Positions 36,864 to 45,816 of a stretch of DNA of 64,000 bases are shown here, in pieces. This DNA comes from a virus. The translations under genes were made by a program, and so were the position numbers. Below the pieces are notes generated by a model, which saw only the letters and a list, made by a program, of their open reading frames with translations, did not search any database and had not been told where the DNA came from. Position 1 is the stretch's first letter; the number at the start of each line of letters is the position of its first letter. The stretch is taken from positions 266,924 to 330,923 of the IMG/VR virus record IMGVR_UViG_3300036772_000425; one strand, written 5' to 3'.

Positions 36864-38447
36864 TCAGTGGATGACCATGGTGACCACGGAACCGCTCCGG
36901 AGCTTGTACGGGAACTTGAGGTCCCCCGTCGACGGGGAGGTACCTGGGTACACATCGTTCGGGTTGGCGGAGGTGCCGGGCAGGAGGAGAACACCGTTCA
37001 AAAAGATCGACAGATCCTTCGTGAAATCCTTGCCGAGGTACGAGCCCAGCTGCGCATCGATGTTGGTCGGGAACGTCACGTTGGTGTCGGGTGACAGCGG
37101 GTTGGCTGTGATGCCGCCCCGGGTGGGCAACCACCTGCGGGATCCGCTGATTGACTGCGACAGGACGTGGATCGCGCCCAACAAGGAGGTCGCGGTGCCG
37201 AAGTCAGTGGCAAACTGGTTCCATTCCAGCGAGGCCGTCGCGAACGGAATGGTACCGCCGGTGTACGTGGATCCCGGACCGTAGTTGTCGCTGAAACGCA
37301 GCTGGTTACCGCCCGACAGGATCAGGTTGTTGCCGACCTGCGAGTTGATGGTGCCCGGGTTGACGCCCAGGTCGAGCTGGTTCGAACCGGTGCTGACGCT
37401 GATGCCGAGCTGGTACGCTGTCGCGAACGAACTCGACACGCTGATCCTGTCTACAGCGACCGTCATGGTGTCGGTCGTGTCAGAGGACACCAGCTTCCAC
37501 AGTTCCTTGGAGGCTGAGAGGAAGGTCCATGAGAACCCAGCACCGATCCGGATCGCGATGTTCTGGTCCTGCGTCACGGTACCGATCTGGTTGTCGATCA
37601 CGTTGTCAAGCGTGACGGAGGTCGACCCACCGCCAGTGGACCCCGCAGCGTCGACAAAGATGGTGTTGGAGAGGTACGCATCCTCCGGGATGTCATCCAA
37701 CGCGGTGCGCCGACCGTAGATGTACTCAAAGGTGCGCCCGCCGACGCTCGCAGCGGGCGCTGCGGTGATGGAGGACGTACCGTTCAGGACAGTCTCAAAG
37801 ACGAAAGAGATCTGGGTACGACGCGTCGAATCGTTGAAAGCATCTCCCGAGAGCGTACCGTTCTCCGACTGCATCAAACCGAAGATGTAGCGTCCGTTGG
37901 AGGCTGTGACCTGCTGCCCGGTGAAGGCATCACGGATGGAGACCAGATTCTTAGGGGTCAGAACTGACGATCCTGAGGTCTGGGCCACGGAGTGCGACCC
38001 GTACGTACCCTCGGTACCCGACAGCAAGGCAACCAACGATCCGGTGGAGATGCTGGCCGGGAGCAGCGGGTGCGACACGGCAGCGTAGTTCGCGGGTGCT
38101 GTGCCGAGCGACACGCTCAGGAAGGCGAAGTTCGACCCAGTCGCGACGTTGAGGAGGTTCAGGCTCTGCCGCCTGAACAGGAACCTCTTCTGCTCCAGGT
38201 CTGTCAGGTCGAGGTTGATGGTGTTGAGGCCACGGGCAGAGTTCGACCCGGAAGGAGCGGTGATCGGATCGTACCAGGAACCCGACACGCCTGCCCAGAG
38301 CAGCTGCCGGATCTGTGTCCTGAGCGCATTGAGGTCAGACTCGATCGAAACGGAGGTGGTCTGCAGGGACGACCCTGGTGTGAGGGCGTCGTTGTAACCT
38401 TCTGTATTGAAGATCTGTGTTGGTTGTGACAGGAACGTACGCGCCAT
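36864..38447 (-). CDS. Large fibre-like protein (527 aa)
   Basis: S/T/G/N-rich with repeated GT/GS segments. No enzymatic motifs. Confidence 0.5.
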   Translation of the reverse strand: MARTFLSQPTQIFNTEGYNDALTPGSSLQTTSVSIESDLNALRTQIRQLLWAGVSGSWYDPITAPSGSNSARGLNTINLDLTDLEQKRFLFRRQSLNLLNVATGSNFAFLSVSLGTAPANYAAVSHPLLPASISTGSLVALLSGTEGTYGSHSVAQTSGSSVLTPKNLVSIRDAFTGQQVTASNGRYIFGLMQSENGTLSGDAFNDSTRRTQISFVFETVLNGTSSITAAPAASVGGRTFEYIYGRRTALDDIPEDAYLSNTIFVDAAGSTGGGSTSVTLDNVIDNQIGTVTQDQNIAIRIGAGFSWTFLSASKELWKLVSSDTTDTMTVAVDRISVSSSFATAYQLGISVSTGSNQLDLGVNPGTINSQVGNNLILSGGNQLRFSDNYGPGSTYTGGTIPFATASLEWNQFATDFGTATSLLGAIHVLSQSISGSRRWLPTRGGITANPLSPDTNVTFPTNIDAQLGSYLGKDFTKDLSIFLNGVLLLPGTSANPNDVYPGTSPSTGDLKFPYKLRSGSVVTMVIH

Positions 38448-38501
38448 CTTGACTCCATCATCGTCCTGGAACGATGATGTAGGTATCAGTCCCGGACTGG
38501 G

Positions 38502-38951
38502 TCAGTACGGGTAGGTCGCATCGATGTTGCTTCCGCTGCGGTAGTTCGTCAGCAGGGTGACCACGTGACCGGACAGGGTGTAATCGCTGTCGGAACCTTG
38601 CCTCTGTTTGACGCCATTGATGAAGAACATCAAAGCAGAGGAAGGAACTGGGCTGAATGTCAGGTTGAACGTCATGTTGGTCCCGTCGACGGCGCCTGAC
38701 GGGACCTCGTTCCACTGGATCGATGCTTCCGTGCCCGAAGCGCTGATGACCAGGTCACCGTTGGGCCCCGCGTCATTGATCGAGATCCCAACGCCCGCGG
38801 CGAGCCGGCGCGCCGAGTCCGGGAAGGGACCGGTGGAACCTGAGACGACAACCCATGCCGTGCGCTGCACGTAGCCGTCCAGCTGACCGTGGGTCAGCTG
38901 CCCAATGTTCTCCAGTTCCTGGTGATCTGTTACGATCCTGTAGGCTGTCAT
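38502..38951 (-). CDS. Hypothetical structural protein (149 aa)
   Basis: ATG ORF, beta-rich composition. Confidence 0.45.
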   Translation of the reverse strand: MTAYRIVTDHQELENIGQLTHGQLDGYVQRTAWVVVSGSTGPFPDSARRLAAGVGISINDAGPNGDLVISASGTEASIQWNEVPSGAVDGTNMTFNLTFSPVPSSALMFFINGVKQRQGSDSDYTLSGHVVTLLTNYRSGSNIDATYPY

Positions 38952-39228
38952 CTGAGCTCAAATCCCTTCAGCGAGCTCAGCGTCCGCCTGTTCTGAGGGC
39001 CCTACGAACCAGGCAACGCAGCCCACCGAAGGTGAACCTGATTGACCGACCCTCAATGATCTCGTCATCATCTGTCAGCATCGGTAGGTCCACGTCATCA
39101 TCAGTGGCACCCGCGACCGCCATCATGCTTCCACGGGCGGCGGCCGGAGTACCAAAGGCATCCTCATTCTCGAATTCTCTGGGTGTCACGACCGGCTCCG
39201 ATCCAGGCCATAACTAGGCCCGAGAGCA

Positions 39229-39834
39229 TCACGTCGTCTTCCCATGCGATGGGGGTGTAGAAGAAAGGAGAGCGCTCACAGCGCTTCGAAACTCCGACTT
39301 GGCCAGTTCCAGGGTTGCATGAGCCTCGCACACCCGCTGCAGTTCGGGTGACATCCGATCGTAGGAGATGAAACGCTCCTTCGGATCCGTCTGCTTGAGC
39401 TCTTCCATGGTCCGGACCATCTCTGACCAGAACTTCTGTGAGGCATCGATGTCGGATCGTAGCTCTCTGTCGCGCAGTTCGCACTTGAGCAGCAGATCAC
39501 GGCTTTTACCCGCCAGCCGAGCGTCGGTCGAGCTCTGGACTGCCACCTCATCGATGAGGTGCTTGGACACGGTCACGCCATTGCCCAAGGAAACCTGCGG
39601 AGAGTTCGTCTTGACATGCAAGCCCGGTAGGACTTGCGATCCGATCCCACATGACATTGCATCCTCGTGGGGCCGGTCCAACCTCCCGGGCTCTGCGTAC
39701 AGTTCCTTGGAATTGACCGTGTCCGCGGGCTTCCAGTTGCTGGGATGGTTGCAATCGCTCGTTCCCCAGTGCCTGCAGCAGTAGCCGAGGTGAGAAACGT
39801 TTTCAGCCTGCTCGGCCGTGTTCTTCTGTTCCAT
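39229..39834 (-). CDS. Hypothetical Cys/His-cluster protein (about 201 aa)
   Basis: Start chosen at MEQKNTAEQ to abut the upstream SGNH gene. HLGYCCRHWGTSDCNHP cluster. Confidence 0.4.
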   Translation of the reverse strand: MEQKNTAEQAENVSHLGYCCRHWGTSDCNHPSNWKPADTVNSKELYAEPGRLDRPHEDAMSCGIGSQVLPGLHVKTNSPQVSLGNGVTVSKHLIDEVAVQSSTDARLAGKSRDLLLKCELRDRELRSDIDASQKFWSEMVRTMEELKQTDPKERFISYDRMSPELQRVCEAHATLELAKSEFRSAVSALLSSTPPSHGKTT

Positions 39835-39839
39835 GCAGC

Positions 39840-40436
39840 TCAAGGTACAACCCGCCAGATCTCCCTGATCCACCGCTCGGCACCCGCCCTGGTCGGATGC
39901 ACCCCATCGACCAACGGGATCTTTGCGGCCTGCGTATCGAAGTAGGTGCACCGTGGCACCGCGGCGCGCCTGATCACGTCATTGATGGGCCAATCCCGCC
40001 CGTGAACCTGGGTGTTGCCCACCCAAACGCAGGGAACAGAACCCAACTGAGTCAGCAACGAACCGACGGGTGGTACGGTGCTGCTGTTGTAGTGATTCGT
40101 GCCCAAGAAGATGATGATCACGTCTGGGTTTGGATGCAGCTGCAGGGCGCGCCTAGCATGGCCCGCAGCCCAGTGCTGGACAGTTGTACCATTTTGGCAC
40201 TCCACGTCAACAGAATCGTGCGGGGCTCCTGCCTCATCGTTGATCGTCCGGACCAACCCGGGTAGGTCGTTCAGGATCCTGACAGCACATGCCTCACTGT
40301 CGCCCAAGATCAGGACATGTCTCGGTGAGACAGCCTGAACCTCCAGCGCTGCGTCGGGGAACTTCAACGGATCATGGTCAGCGCGTGGAACTGAACAACC
40401 CAGGAAGGCGCACAGCACCCAAGCCAGGGGTCGCAT
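39840..40436 (-). CDS. Secreted/lipoprotein-like SGNH (GDSL) hydrolase
   Basis: Start at MRPLAWVLCAFLGCSVP (hydrophobic signal peptide with FLGC lipobox-like cysteine). Block I ILGDSEA, block III FLGTNHYN, block V DGVHP. TGATG overlap with the methyltransferase stop. Confidence 0.65.
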   Translation of the reverse strand: MRPLAWVLCAFLGCSVPRADHDPLKFPDAALEVQAVSPRHVLILGDSEACAVRILNDLPGLVRTINDEAGAPHDSVDVECQNGTTVQHWAAGHARRALQLHPNPDVIIIFLGTNHYNSSTVPPVGSLLTQLGSVPCVWVGNTQVHGRDWPINDVIRRAAVPRCTYFDTQAAKIPLVDGVHPTRAGAERWIREIWRVVP

Positions 40437-41035
40437 CACTTCTTCCGAAGGATGATGGGTTCTCCCTGGATCGGCTTGATCAGCTCCCAACCTGGGTGCG
40501 ACACCAACCAATCATCGACCGCGGGTTTGACCCCGTGTTTTTCGGTGTCAACCGGCTTGGTGACAGAGGTCACGTCCTGGTACCCTTCCCTCTCAGAGTA
40601 CCAGAGGTCCCGCTCTGACCAACGTCCGTCGTAGTCATCGATGACAACCAACGTGTGCGGGTGGCACAGATCCTCAAGCGAGGACAGTTCGTTGGAGACG
40701 GTGTGGTAGTTGTGATCACCGTCCAGCATGATCACATCGAACTTCATACCGGTCTTGACCAGCTCGGGCAGCGCCTGCAAGCTGTTTCCTTGGATGCAGG
40801 CCACCTCCTGCCCAGCCTGCAGGTCAAGGTTGTTGAGGATCAGCCTGACCTGTTCCTGGACCAGCACGTCAACCCCCAGGACGACGAACCCGGCCCGGGT
40901 ACGGGCCAGGAACGCAACTAGCGGGATCAGTGTCGTGCCCCGATCGATGCCCACCTCCAGGACGGAGACAGATCGATCCTTGGGTAGGCCGTGAAGTTCA
41001 TGCTTGATCAGGGGCAAGTATCCCACGTAGCTCAT
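40436..41035 (-). CDS. Class I SAM-dependent methyltransferase (TylF/CmcI-like O-methyltransferase family)
   Basis: Start at MSYVGYLPL. VLEVGIDRGTT glycine-rich SAM motif. FDVIMLDGDHNYHTV resembles macrocin-O-MTase family proteins. Confidence 0.65.
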   Translation of the reverse strand: MSYVGYLPLIKHELHGLPKDRSVSVLEVGIDRGTTLIPLVAFLARTRAGFVVLGVDVLVQEQVRLILNNLDLQAGQEVACIQGNSLQALPELVKTGMKFDVIMLDGDHNYHTVSNELSSLEDLCHPHTLVVIDDYDGRWSERDLWYSEREGYQDVTSVTKPVDTEKHGVKPAVDDWLVSHPGWELIKPIQGEPIILRKK

Positions 41036-41278
41036 CCTAGAATTCTCCGTTATGTTGGTCGGTTCAGCCGCCGGCGAGCAGGACCTGGATCGTGGTCTCC
41101 ACCCGGGCACGAAGCTCGTCGGGCAATGCCGACATCAGGACATACGTCTCACCCCTGAGGCCCGATGCGGGCACCCCCTCGCTGATCGAGGTGTCATTTG
41201 GGATACCCAGACGAAGTGTCAGCGGTGCGCTGCCGCCGACGACAGAAATGATGGGCTGGTATGGATTGATTCTCTGCA

Positions 41279-41488
41279 TCAGGTGCTCCGTTCTTCCTTC
41301 GGTTTCTCCGCCAACAACCGTTCGAGCTCCTTGCTCAGGAGCTTGGCATCACCGCCGACGACTGCGTTGGCCATGACACGTTCCAGGAACTCAGCGTAAC
41401 GCCGGTCCCATTCCTCACGGGTTTCCTTCTGCAGGTTTGCCTTGAGACGTGCCTGCTTTGCCTGCTGGCTCTTCGTCTGCAAGATCAA
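41279..41488 (-). CDS. Small coiled-coil protein (69 aa)
   Basis: Lys/Glu-rich. Stop/start coupled with the 41485..41673 ORF. Confidence 0.4.
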   Translation of the reverse strand: MILQTKSQQAKQARLKANLQKETREEWDRRYAEFLERVMANAVVGGDAKLLSKELERLLAEKPKEERST

Positions 41489-41673
41489 TCCTTGAGCAGG
41501 CGACGACCCTCGGTCAGGGCCTCCGTCAGCTTCAGGTGCTGAGCCTTGAGGCGGTTACGTTGGATGTCGAGCGCCATGATCACGCTCGCAGGTTTTCCCT
41601 GAGCCTGAGCATCTCGGTACTCGTCATCCAGCTTCTGGATCTCCAACAGCAGGTTCTCGGTCGTCGCTGACAT
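41485..41673 (-). CDS. Small coiled-coil protein (62 aa)
   Basis: ATG ORF coupled to 41279..41488. Confidence 0.4.
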   Translation of the reverse strand: MSATTENLLLEIQKLDDEYRDAQAQGKPASVIMALDIQRNRLKAQHLKLTEALTEGRRLLKD

Positions 41674-41706
41674 GCCAAGGATCCTACCTCACGGTAGGAT
41701 GATTGA

Positions 41707-42435
41707 TCAATCTAACGCCAGTTCTCTCTGTGATTTCTTCAGACGCTTTAGCGTTGAGTACGACACTCCGTGTTCCTTCATCAGGTCCACCAACGGTGTG
41801 TTGACGATCGCTTGTAATAGTTCTGAGCTCGGTTCGAACTTCGTGGAAGCTGAAATCTTCGATCGTGTCTCTGTTGAAGGTTGACGACGATGTGAACATG
41901 CATCAGAACATGTTGTCCGAACATGGTACCTCCTGTTCTGAGAGAACTCAACCTTGAAAGAGGTGCCGCAATGGCACGTTCGAACCTCGACAACCTCATC
42001 CTTCGCACCCAACCGACGCTCATGAGCGATGGGCCAGCATTTCCGGAGCTTGTCTCGGGTTTCAGGTCCTAGAACCCGACCGACGCAGTGGGTGTTACCC
42101 TTCAGAGCTTCGGAGAGTGTTTGACGGGCTGCATCTGTCATTCCTCTTCCGCACGGATCAATGTTGTAACCCTTGTTTGAGTTCATGGAATCCAGCTCGG
42201 AGATCCAGAACCTTTCTCGATCATCAATCGTTGAGTCTGAGCACTCTTCAATGATTTCGAAAATGAAGTTCTCAACACCGTGCTTTCGCATTGAACGATA
42301 AAGAGGATATTCCACTCTCGTGTCTTTCGACGCGTAAAGATGACCCGCCTTACGTTGAGCGAAGTTGTAGGTCTGCCCTACGTAAACTTTACCATTCACC
42401 TGATTGGTGATCTTGTAGATGTACCGCATGAACAA
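41707..42435 (-). mobile_element. GIY-YIG homing endonuclease (Seg/I-TevI-like), free-standing
   Basis: 242 aa. YIYKITNQVNGKVYVGQTYNFAQRKAGH...NKGYN is a GIY-YIG catalytic module. C-terminal DNA-binding region. Located directly next to the tmRNA gene. Confidence 0.8.
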
Positions 42436-42469
42436 CCTTACTACATGTTCACATGATATATCGTGCGAG

Positions 42470-42828
42470 TGGAGCAGCCGGGAATTGAACCCGGGTCCGC
42501 AGCGCGTCTTCCGATCACTTCTTCACAAGCTTGGCCCCTTTTGCTGCTCGGCCCAGGGACAGGCCTAGAGGACGAATTTCACGTCTTTATCCCCAATGAC
42601 GGTGCCTGTACGCCGGTCACCTGACGTTTTCCGACCCAGGACGCTCGGTCGCGCGCTCAGCATTCTGTTCCGAGGTCGCTGAGGACCCGATCCGTCACGC
42701 CGCGAGGCGGAGCGGAAGTGCGCCGTTGTCGTTGGCAGCTATACGTCACTTGGGTTTTTAGACCGGACCCTCGTGCACCGGTGCTTGCAGTGAAAGGCTT
42801 CAGAACCACGTCGAAACCTGTCTGCCCC
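42470..42828 (-). ncRNA. ssrA: Phage-encoded tmRNA (one-piece SsrA)
   Basis: Minus-strand RNA 5'-GGGGCAGACAGGUUUCGACGUGG... (compare E. coli GGGGCUGAUUCUGGAUUCGACGGG) ...3' GGACCCGGGUUCAAUUCCCGGCUGCUCCA. Acceptor stem GGGGCAG/CUGCUCC with a G3:U70 pair (alanine identity) and a T-arm CCGGG-UUCAAUU-CCCGG. Internal tag reading frame GUAUAGCU-GCC AAC GAC AAC GGC GCA CUU CCG CUC CGC CUC GCG GCG UGA encodes (A)ANDNGALPLRLAA. About 359 nt. Confidence 0.8.
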
Positions 42829-42907
42829 GAAATCTTCCGGGAGAACTAGCATTAGGTTGTCAATGACCGGGTGACCATCCTTAAGTACCACACCGTTGGG
42901 CGTTGTT

Positions 42908-43294
42908 TCACAGGCTCCGCATTGGGAAGTGCGGATGCCGCGGCGTGCGCAGGGGCCGCGGCTTCGGTTGCAGCGGAGGAATCGGCGGATCGTTGAGATC
43001 GATCTCACCGCACGGCGAGCTCGTCAGGGCCGCGATCCTTTCATCCTCACGTTGGGCGAAGGAATTGAACCTCTCCCGCTCCGCACCGTGTGCCGCTGCA
43101 TCGAGCTCTGACAGCAGCAGGGCCTGCAACCGACCGTTGACCCGAACGAGGGCGGGGCGGCCCGGGATGGCGTTACCGTCAAGGGATCGTTGCAGGAGTC
43201 CGAAGATGGTCAGGGCCTCAGCTGCAGAAAGTTCGAGCTTCACTTGACACCGACCTTCCTGATCTTCCGAGCTGGAAGGATCAACTTTCGCCAT
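42908..43294 (-). CDS. Hypothetical protein (128 aa)
   Basis: Minus-strand ORF upstream of the tmRNA. Overlaps 43240..43692 by about 55 nt, so start positions are uncertain. Confidence 0.3.
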   Translation of the reverse strand: MAKVDPSSSEDQEGRCQVKLELSAAEALTIFGLLQRSLDGNAIPGRPALVRVNGRLQALLLSELDAAAHGAERERFNSFAQREDERIAALTSSPCGEIDLNDPPIPPLQPKPRPLRTPRHPHFPMRSL

Positions 43295-43692
43295 TCTTGG
43301 GTGAATTTCACACCCGTGAGGGTCCTGTTCGTACCATTCTCCCCCACGATGAACAGCCGATCAACGCCTTCCCGGTGGAGTGACACGACCGGGCCGATCT
43401 CAGCAAATCCATCAACGATGAGGTCAATGCCCTTGTTCGGCAAACGCACGTCGAACTCAGCAGAACCCTGGTCGGTCCTGATGCGCTTCAGCCTGACAAG
43501 GTCGACGGTGGGCAATGAGTGTCCCGTCGATCCGACCTTGAGATCGGGTCCATCGATGAGGAATTTCTCGGCGCGCAGGAGGAACCGCGTCAGGATCCGC
43601 TCCTTGGTCGAGGAACCCTCATCGATACGATCATCAACGTGGTTCGCCAGCAGCTTCACCAGCTCCAGCGCTTCGGATCGGGAGACCCTCAC
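43240..43692 (-). CDS. Hypothetical protein (150 aa)
   Basis: ATG ORF. No recognisable motif. Confidence 0.35.
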   Translation of the reverse strand: MRVSRSEALELVKLLANHVDDRIDEGSSTKERILTRFLLRAEKFLIDGPDLKVGSTGHSLPTVDLVRLKRIRTDQGSAEFDVRLPNKGIDLIVDGFAEIGPVVSLHREGVDRLFIVGENGTNRTLTGVKFTQEWRKLILPARKIRKVGVK

Positions 43693-43694
43693 GG

Positions 43695-44000
43695 TCAGTT
43701 GCCCCGTGACTCGAAGTGCTTCTTCAGGACCCGGTACAGGGTCCGTGCCTGGTAGCCCGTCAGCTCAAGGTCGGCCAGGCCCGCATGGTCGGGATCGAGA
43801 CCGCGGTCGCGACCGAAGAGGTCGATGAAGACGCGGGTCCGATGGCTGCTGGTGTTGGTCGACGCGGCGACGTCGAACCCGGCACGACGACCGAGGGTTT
43901 CAGTCCTGATGTTGCCTCGGGAATCGCGCCGGGTCTTGATGTTCGCGTTACGGTTGAAGCTCTTCATGTTCAGTTTCCTCCGGGTCGATGCGTTCTGCAT
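43695..44000 (-). CDS. Hypothetical basic protein (about 90-101 aa)
   Basis: Arg/Lys-rich N-terminus (MKSFNRNANIKTRRDSRGNIR). Possible nucleic-acid-binding protein. Confidence 0.35.
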   Translation of the reverse strand: MQNASTRRKLNMKSFNRNANIKTRRDSRGNIRTETLGRRAGFDVAASTNTSSHRTRVFIDLFGRDRGLDPDHAGLADLELTGYQARTLYRVLKKHFESRGN

Positions 44001-44133
44001 GACCGACAGATCGAACCGTACACATCATCGAACGCGTGTACAAGTGCCCAAGCCGCCCCGACAATTCGTCCCAGAAGTCAGCTGGACTCTGTTGCCAAGG
44101 GCACGCGATTATTCTGGTAGACTGCGGTAGCCG

Positions 44134-44361
44134 TCAGCGTGACAGCTCATGCTCAACCTCGAGCATGGTGGGAACCTCTGTGGGGGCGAGCTCCACCGTG
44201 ACATCATCCACGACCTCTTCCCCTCCGCGGGCGACCAGGAACCATGAATCTTCCATCCGCTGGCGGCGGCGATGATCACGGAGCTGCTCATGGCTCCACG
44301 GCTGGCGGTGGTCCAACTTCAGGTCTTCGATCTCATAGATGACAGGTCGCGGTGCAGGCAT
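44134..44361 (-). CDS. Hypothetical acidic protein (75 aa)
   Basis: Minus-strand ORF in the small-gene cluster. Confidence 0.3.
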   Translation of the reverse strand: MPAPRPVIYEIEDLKLDHRQPWSHEQLRDHRRRQRMEDSWFLVARGGEEVVDDVTVELAPTEVPTMLEVEHELSR

Positions 44362-44381
44362 GGTCTATGTATTCGTCCGGT

Positions 44382-44597
44382 TCAAGGTTCCTCGAACTCA
44401 ACAGGGATCTCCCCGTCCCACTCCTCTGGCTCCACCTCGTCGAACGTGAGGTCAGCCTCCACCTCACCCGGTTCCTCATCGAAAACGGGCACGTACGGGG
44501 TGCGCATCTGGCCACGGGTGGGCTCTGAGACGCCGAGCTTCATCTGGTTCAGCTCTTCACGGAGGAAGGAACGCAGGGTTGAAATTCGAATTTTCAT
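44382..44597 (-). CDS. Small acidic protein with CTS-like N-terminus (71 aa)
   Basis: MKIRISTLRSFLREELNQ. Very acidic C-terminus (EEPGEVEADLTFDEVEPEEWDGE). Confidence 0.45.
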   Translation of the reverse strand: MKIRISTLRSFLREELNQMKLGVSEPTRGQMRTPYVPVFDEEPGEVEADLTFDEVEPEEWDGEIPVEFEEP

Positions 44598-44601
44598 GCT
44601 G

Positions 44602-45183
44602 CTAACTATCCTGCGTACCCGCCCTCAAGAGCCACTTCTGTTGGATCCGTTCCTTGCCAGAATGGCTGGGCCACAGACGTCCGACCAACGTCATCCGGAT
44701 GGGCGCCAACGACCAGACCTCGCCCGTCACCTGAGGGTCGTCGCTGATGATGCCATTGACCACCCGAGCGTGCTCTTCGTCCGTCGGCTCAACGTTATTG
44801 TCCTCAGCGTAACGAGCAAACGACCAATCAGGACCCCATGGATTGCGTGACGAACCCAGGTCGATCCCGGTGGTCGGGGTCATGATCCGAGAACCCGATC
44901 GGGCTGCGTAGACGAACATCTCGGCCTGCCCGAAGCTCGACGGTTCGTCCGAACCGAACTTGCCCATGACGGCCTTGGCAACGCTGGTCGCGAGACAGAC
45001 ACGCGGTGTCGTGAAGTCCTCTGCGTCGGTGTGGGCGGTCCACGTCGGTATCCGTGGCTCCAGGACGAGCTGGTTGCCCCTGTCATTCGGGGTGATGTGG
45101 AAGTAGCGCCAACCACCAACCGGATCGGTGAGAGTTTCAACGATCAGCTGCCTGAGCCGGTGCACCGTCATCTTCAGCATCAT
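44602..45183 (-). CDS. Protein with CTS-like N-terminus (193 aa); putative internal head protein
   Basis: MMLKMTVHRLRQLIVETLTD. Its TAG stop lies 4 nt upstream of the next ATG. Confidence 0.45.
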   Translation of the reverse strand: MMLKMTVHRLRQLIVETLTDPVGGWRYFHITPNDRGNQLVLEPRIPTWTAHTDAEDFTTPRVCLATSVAKAVMGKFGSDEPSSFGQAEMFVYAARSGSRIMTPTTGIDLGSSRNPWGPDWSFARYAEDNNVEPTDEEHARVVNGIISDDPQVTGEVWSLAPIRMTLVGRLWPSHSGKERIQQKWLLRAGTQDS

Positions 45184-45185
45184 GG

Positions 45186-45707
45186 CTAAGTATGACAGAC
45201 CAGCTCGATGAGTTCATGCAATGGACGCAACCTCTCGCTCGGAACGAGACGGTAGCCTCCCATGTCGATGAAGGCAGGATCGTTCAAATCGCTCAAGATC
45301 CAGCCCAAGCAGCTGAACGTTATGTCCCGAGGCGCATCGAATTCTTCAAGGAATGCAGGCAATTCAGGTCGAAGGCCGATCAGAATGACCCCCGGATGCA
45401 AGGTTGTCACAGTGATACCTGGGTTGTTCCGGGTCGATGGTTTCGGCACCTTCACATCAAGCATGTAGTCACCCAACTTGATGTCGTACTCCCACTCTCT
45501 GCCCAATTGGGCACCGGTGATCGAACGTTTGACATGTCGTAGAGCATCAACATGAGCAACCTGTCCGAAGAAGCGCCCGAGCGCGAGCTCGCTTCGGTTG
45601 GGCACGTAGAACTGAGCGTAATTCTTGCCTCGTTGCTTCATTGCCAAGGCGGCAAGGTGACTCACTTCATGATCTTCCGACATGGGACTGACGAGCCTGC
45701 ACAGCAT
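45186..45707 (-). CDS. Hypothetical protein with HExxH motif (putative zinc metallopeptidase, 173 aa)
   Basis: MSEDHEVSHLAALAMKQ contains HEVSH (HEXXH). First gene after the terminator that follows the capsid gene. Confidence 0.35.
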   Translation of the reverse strand: MLCRLVSPMSEDHEVSHLAALAMKQRGKNYAQFYVPNRSELALGRFFGQVAHVDALRHVKRSITGAQLGREWEYDIKLGDYMLDVKVPKPSTRNNPGITVTTLHPGVILIGLRPELPAFLEEFDAPRDITFSCLGWILSDLNDPAFIDMGGYRLVPSERLRPLHELIELVCHT

Positions 45708-45757
45708 CCTGTCATACTACTGTTCAACGAACCGCAGGTCAAGCTTCAGAAACGACG

Positions 45758-45805
45758 AAAGGGCCCGATTGGGCCCATTTCTTCGTGCCTACCGCTTTCG
45801 GCGGT
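45758..45805 (-). terminator. Tandem hairpin terminators downstream of the major capsid gene
   Basis: AAAGGGCCC-GATT-GGGCCCATTT (perfect 6-bp GC stem, A/T flanks) followed by ACCGC-TTTCG-GCGGT. On the minus RNA the first is followed by UUUCGUCGUUUCU. Confidence 0.55.
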
Positions 45806-45816
45806 GGCTCAGAACA

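Noticed and set aside
41064-41279. 71-aa minus ORF overlapping the methyltransferase 5' region
   Set aside because: It overlaps the preferred methyltransferase start region by about 30 nt. It may still be real if the methyltransferase starts at 41035; left unannotated as uncertain.
42470-42555. Apparent tRNA 3' end (GGTTCAATTCCCGGCTGCTCCA on the minus strand)
   Set aside because: No canonical D-arm or anticodon arm can be formed within about 76 nt. The matching 5' acceptor strand (GGGGCAG) lies 358 nt upstream, so this is the tRNA-like domain of a tmRNA rather than a tRNA.
42739-43008. Minus-strand 89-aa ORF overlapping the tmRNA body
   Set aside because: It lies entirely within the structured tmRNA (covering the tag-reading-frame region) and has an arbitrary Arg/Cys-rich translation, so it is most likely spurious.
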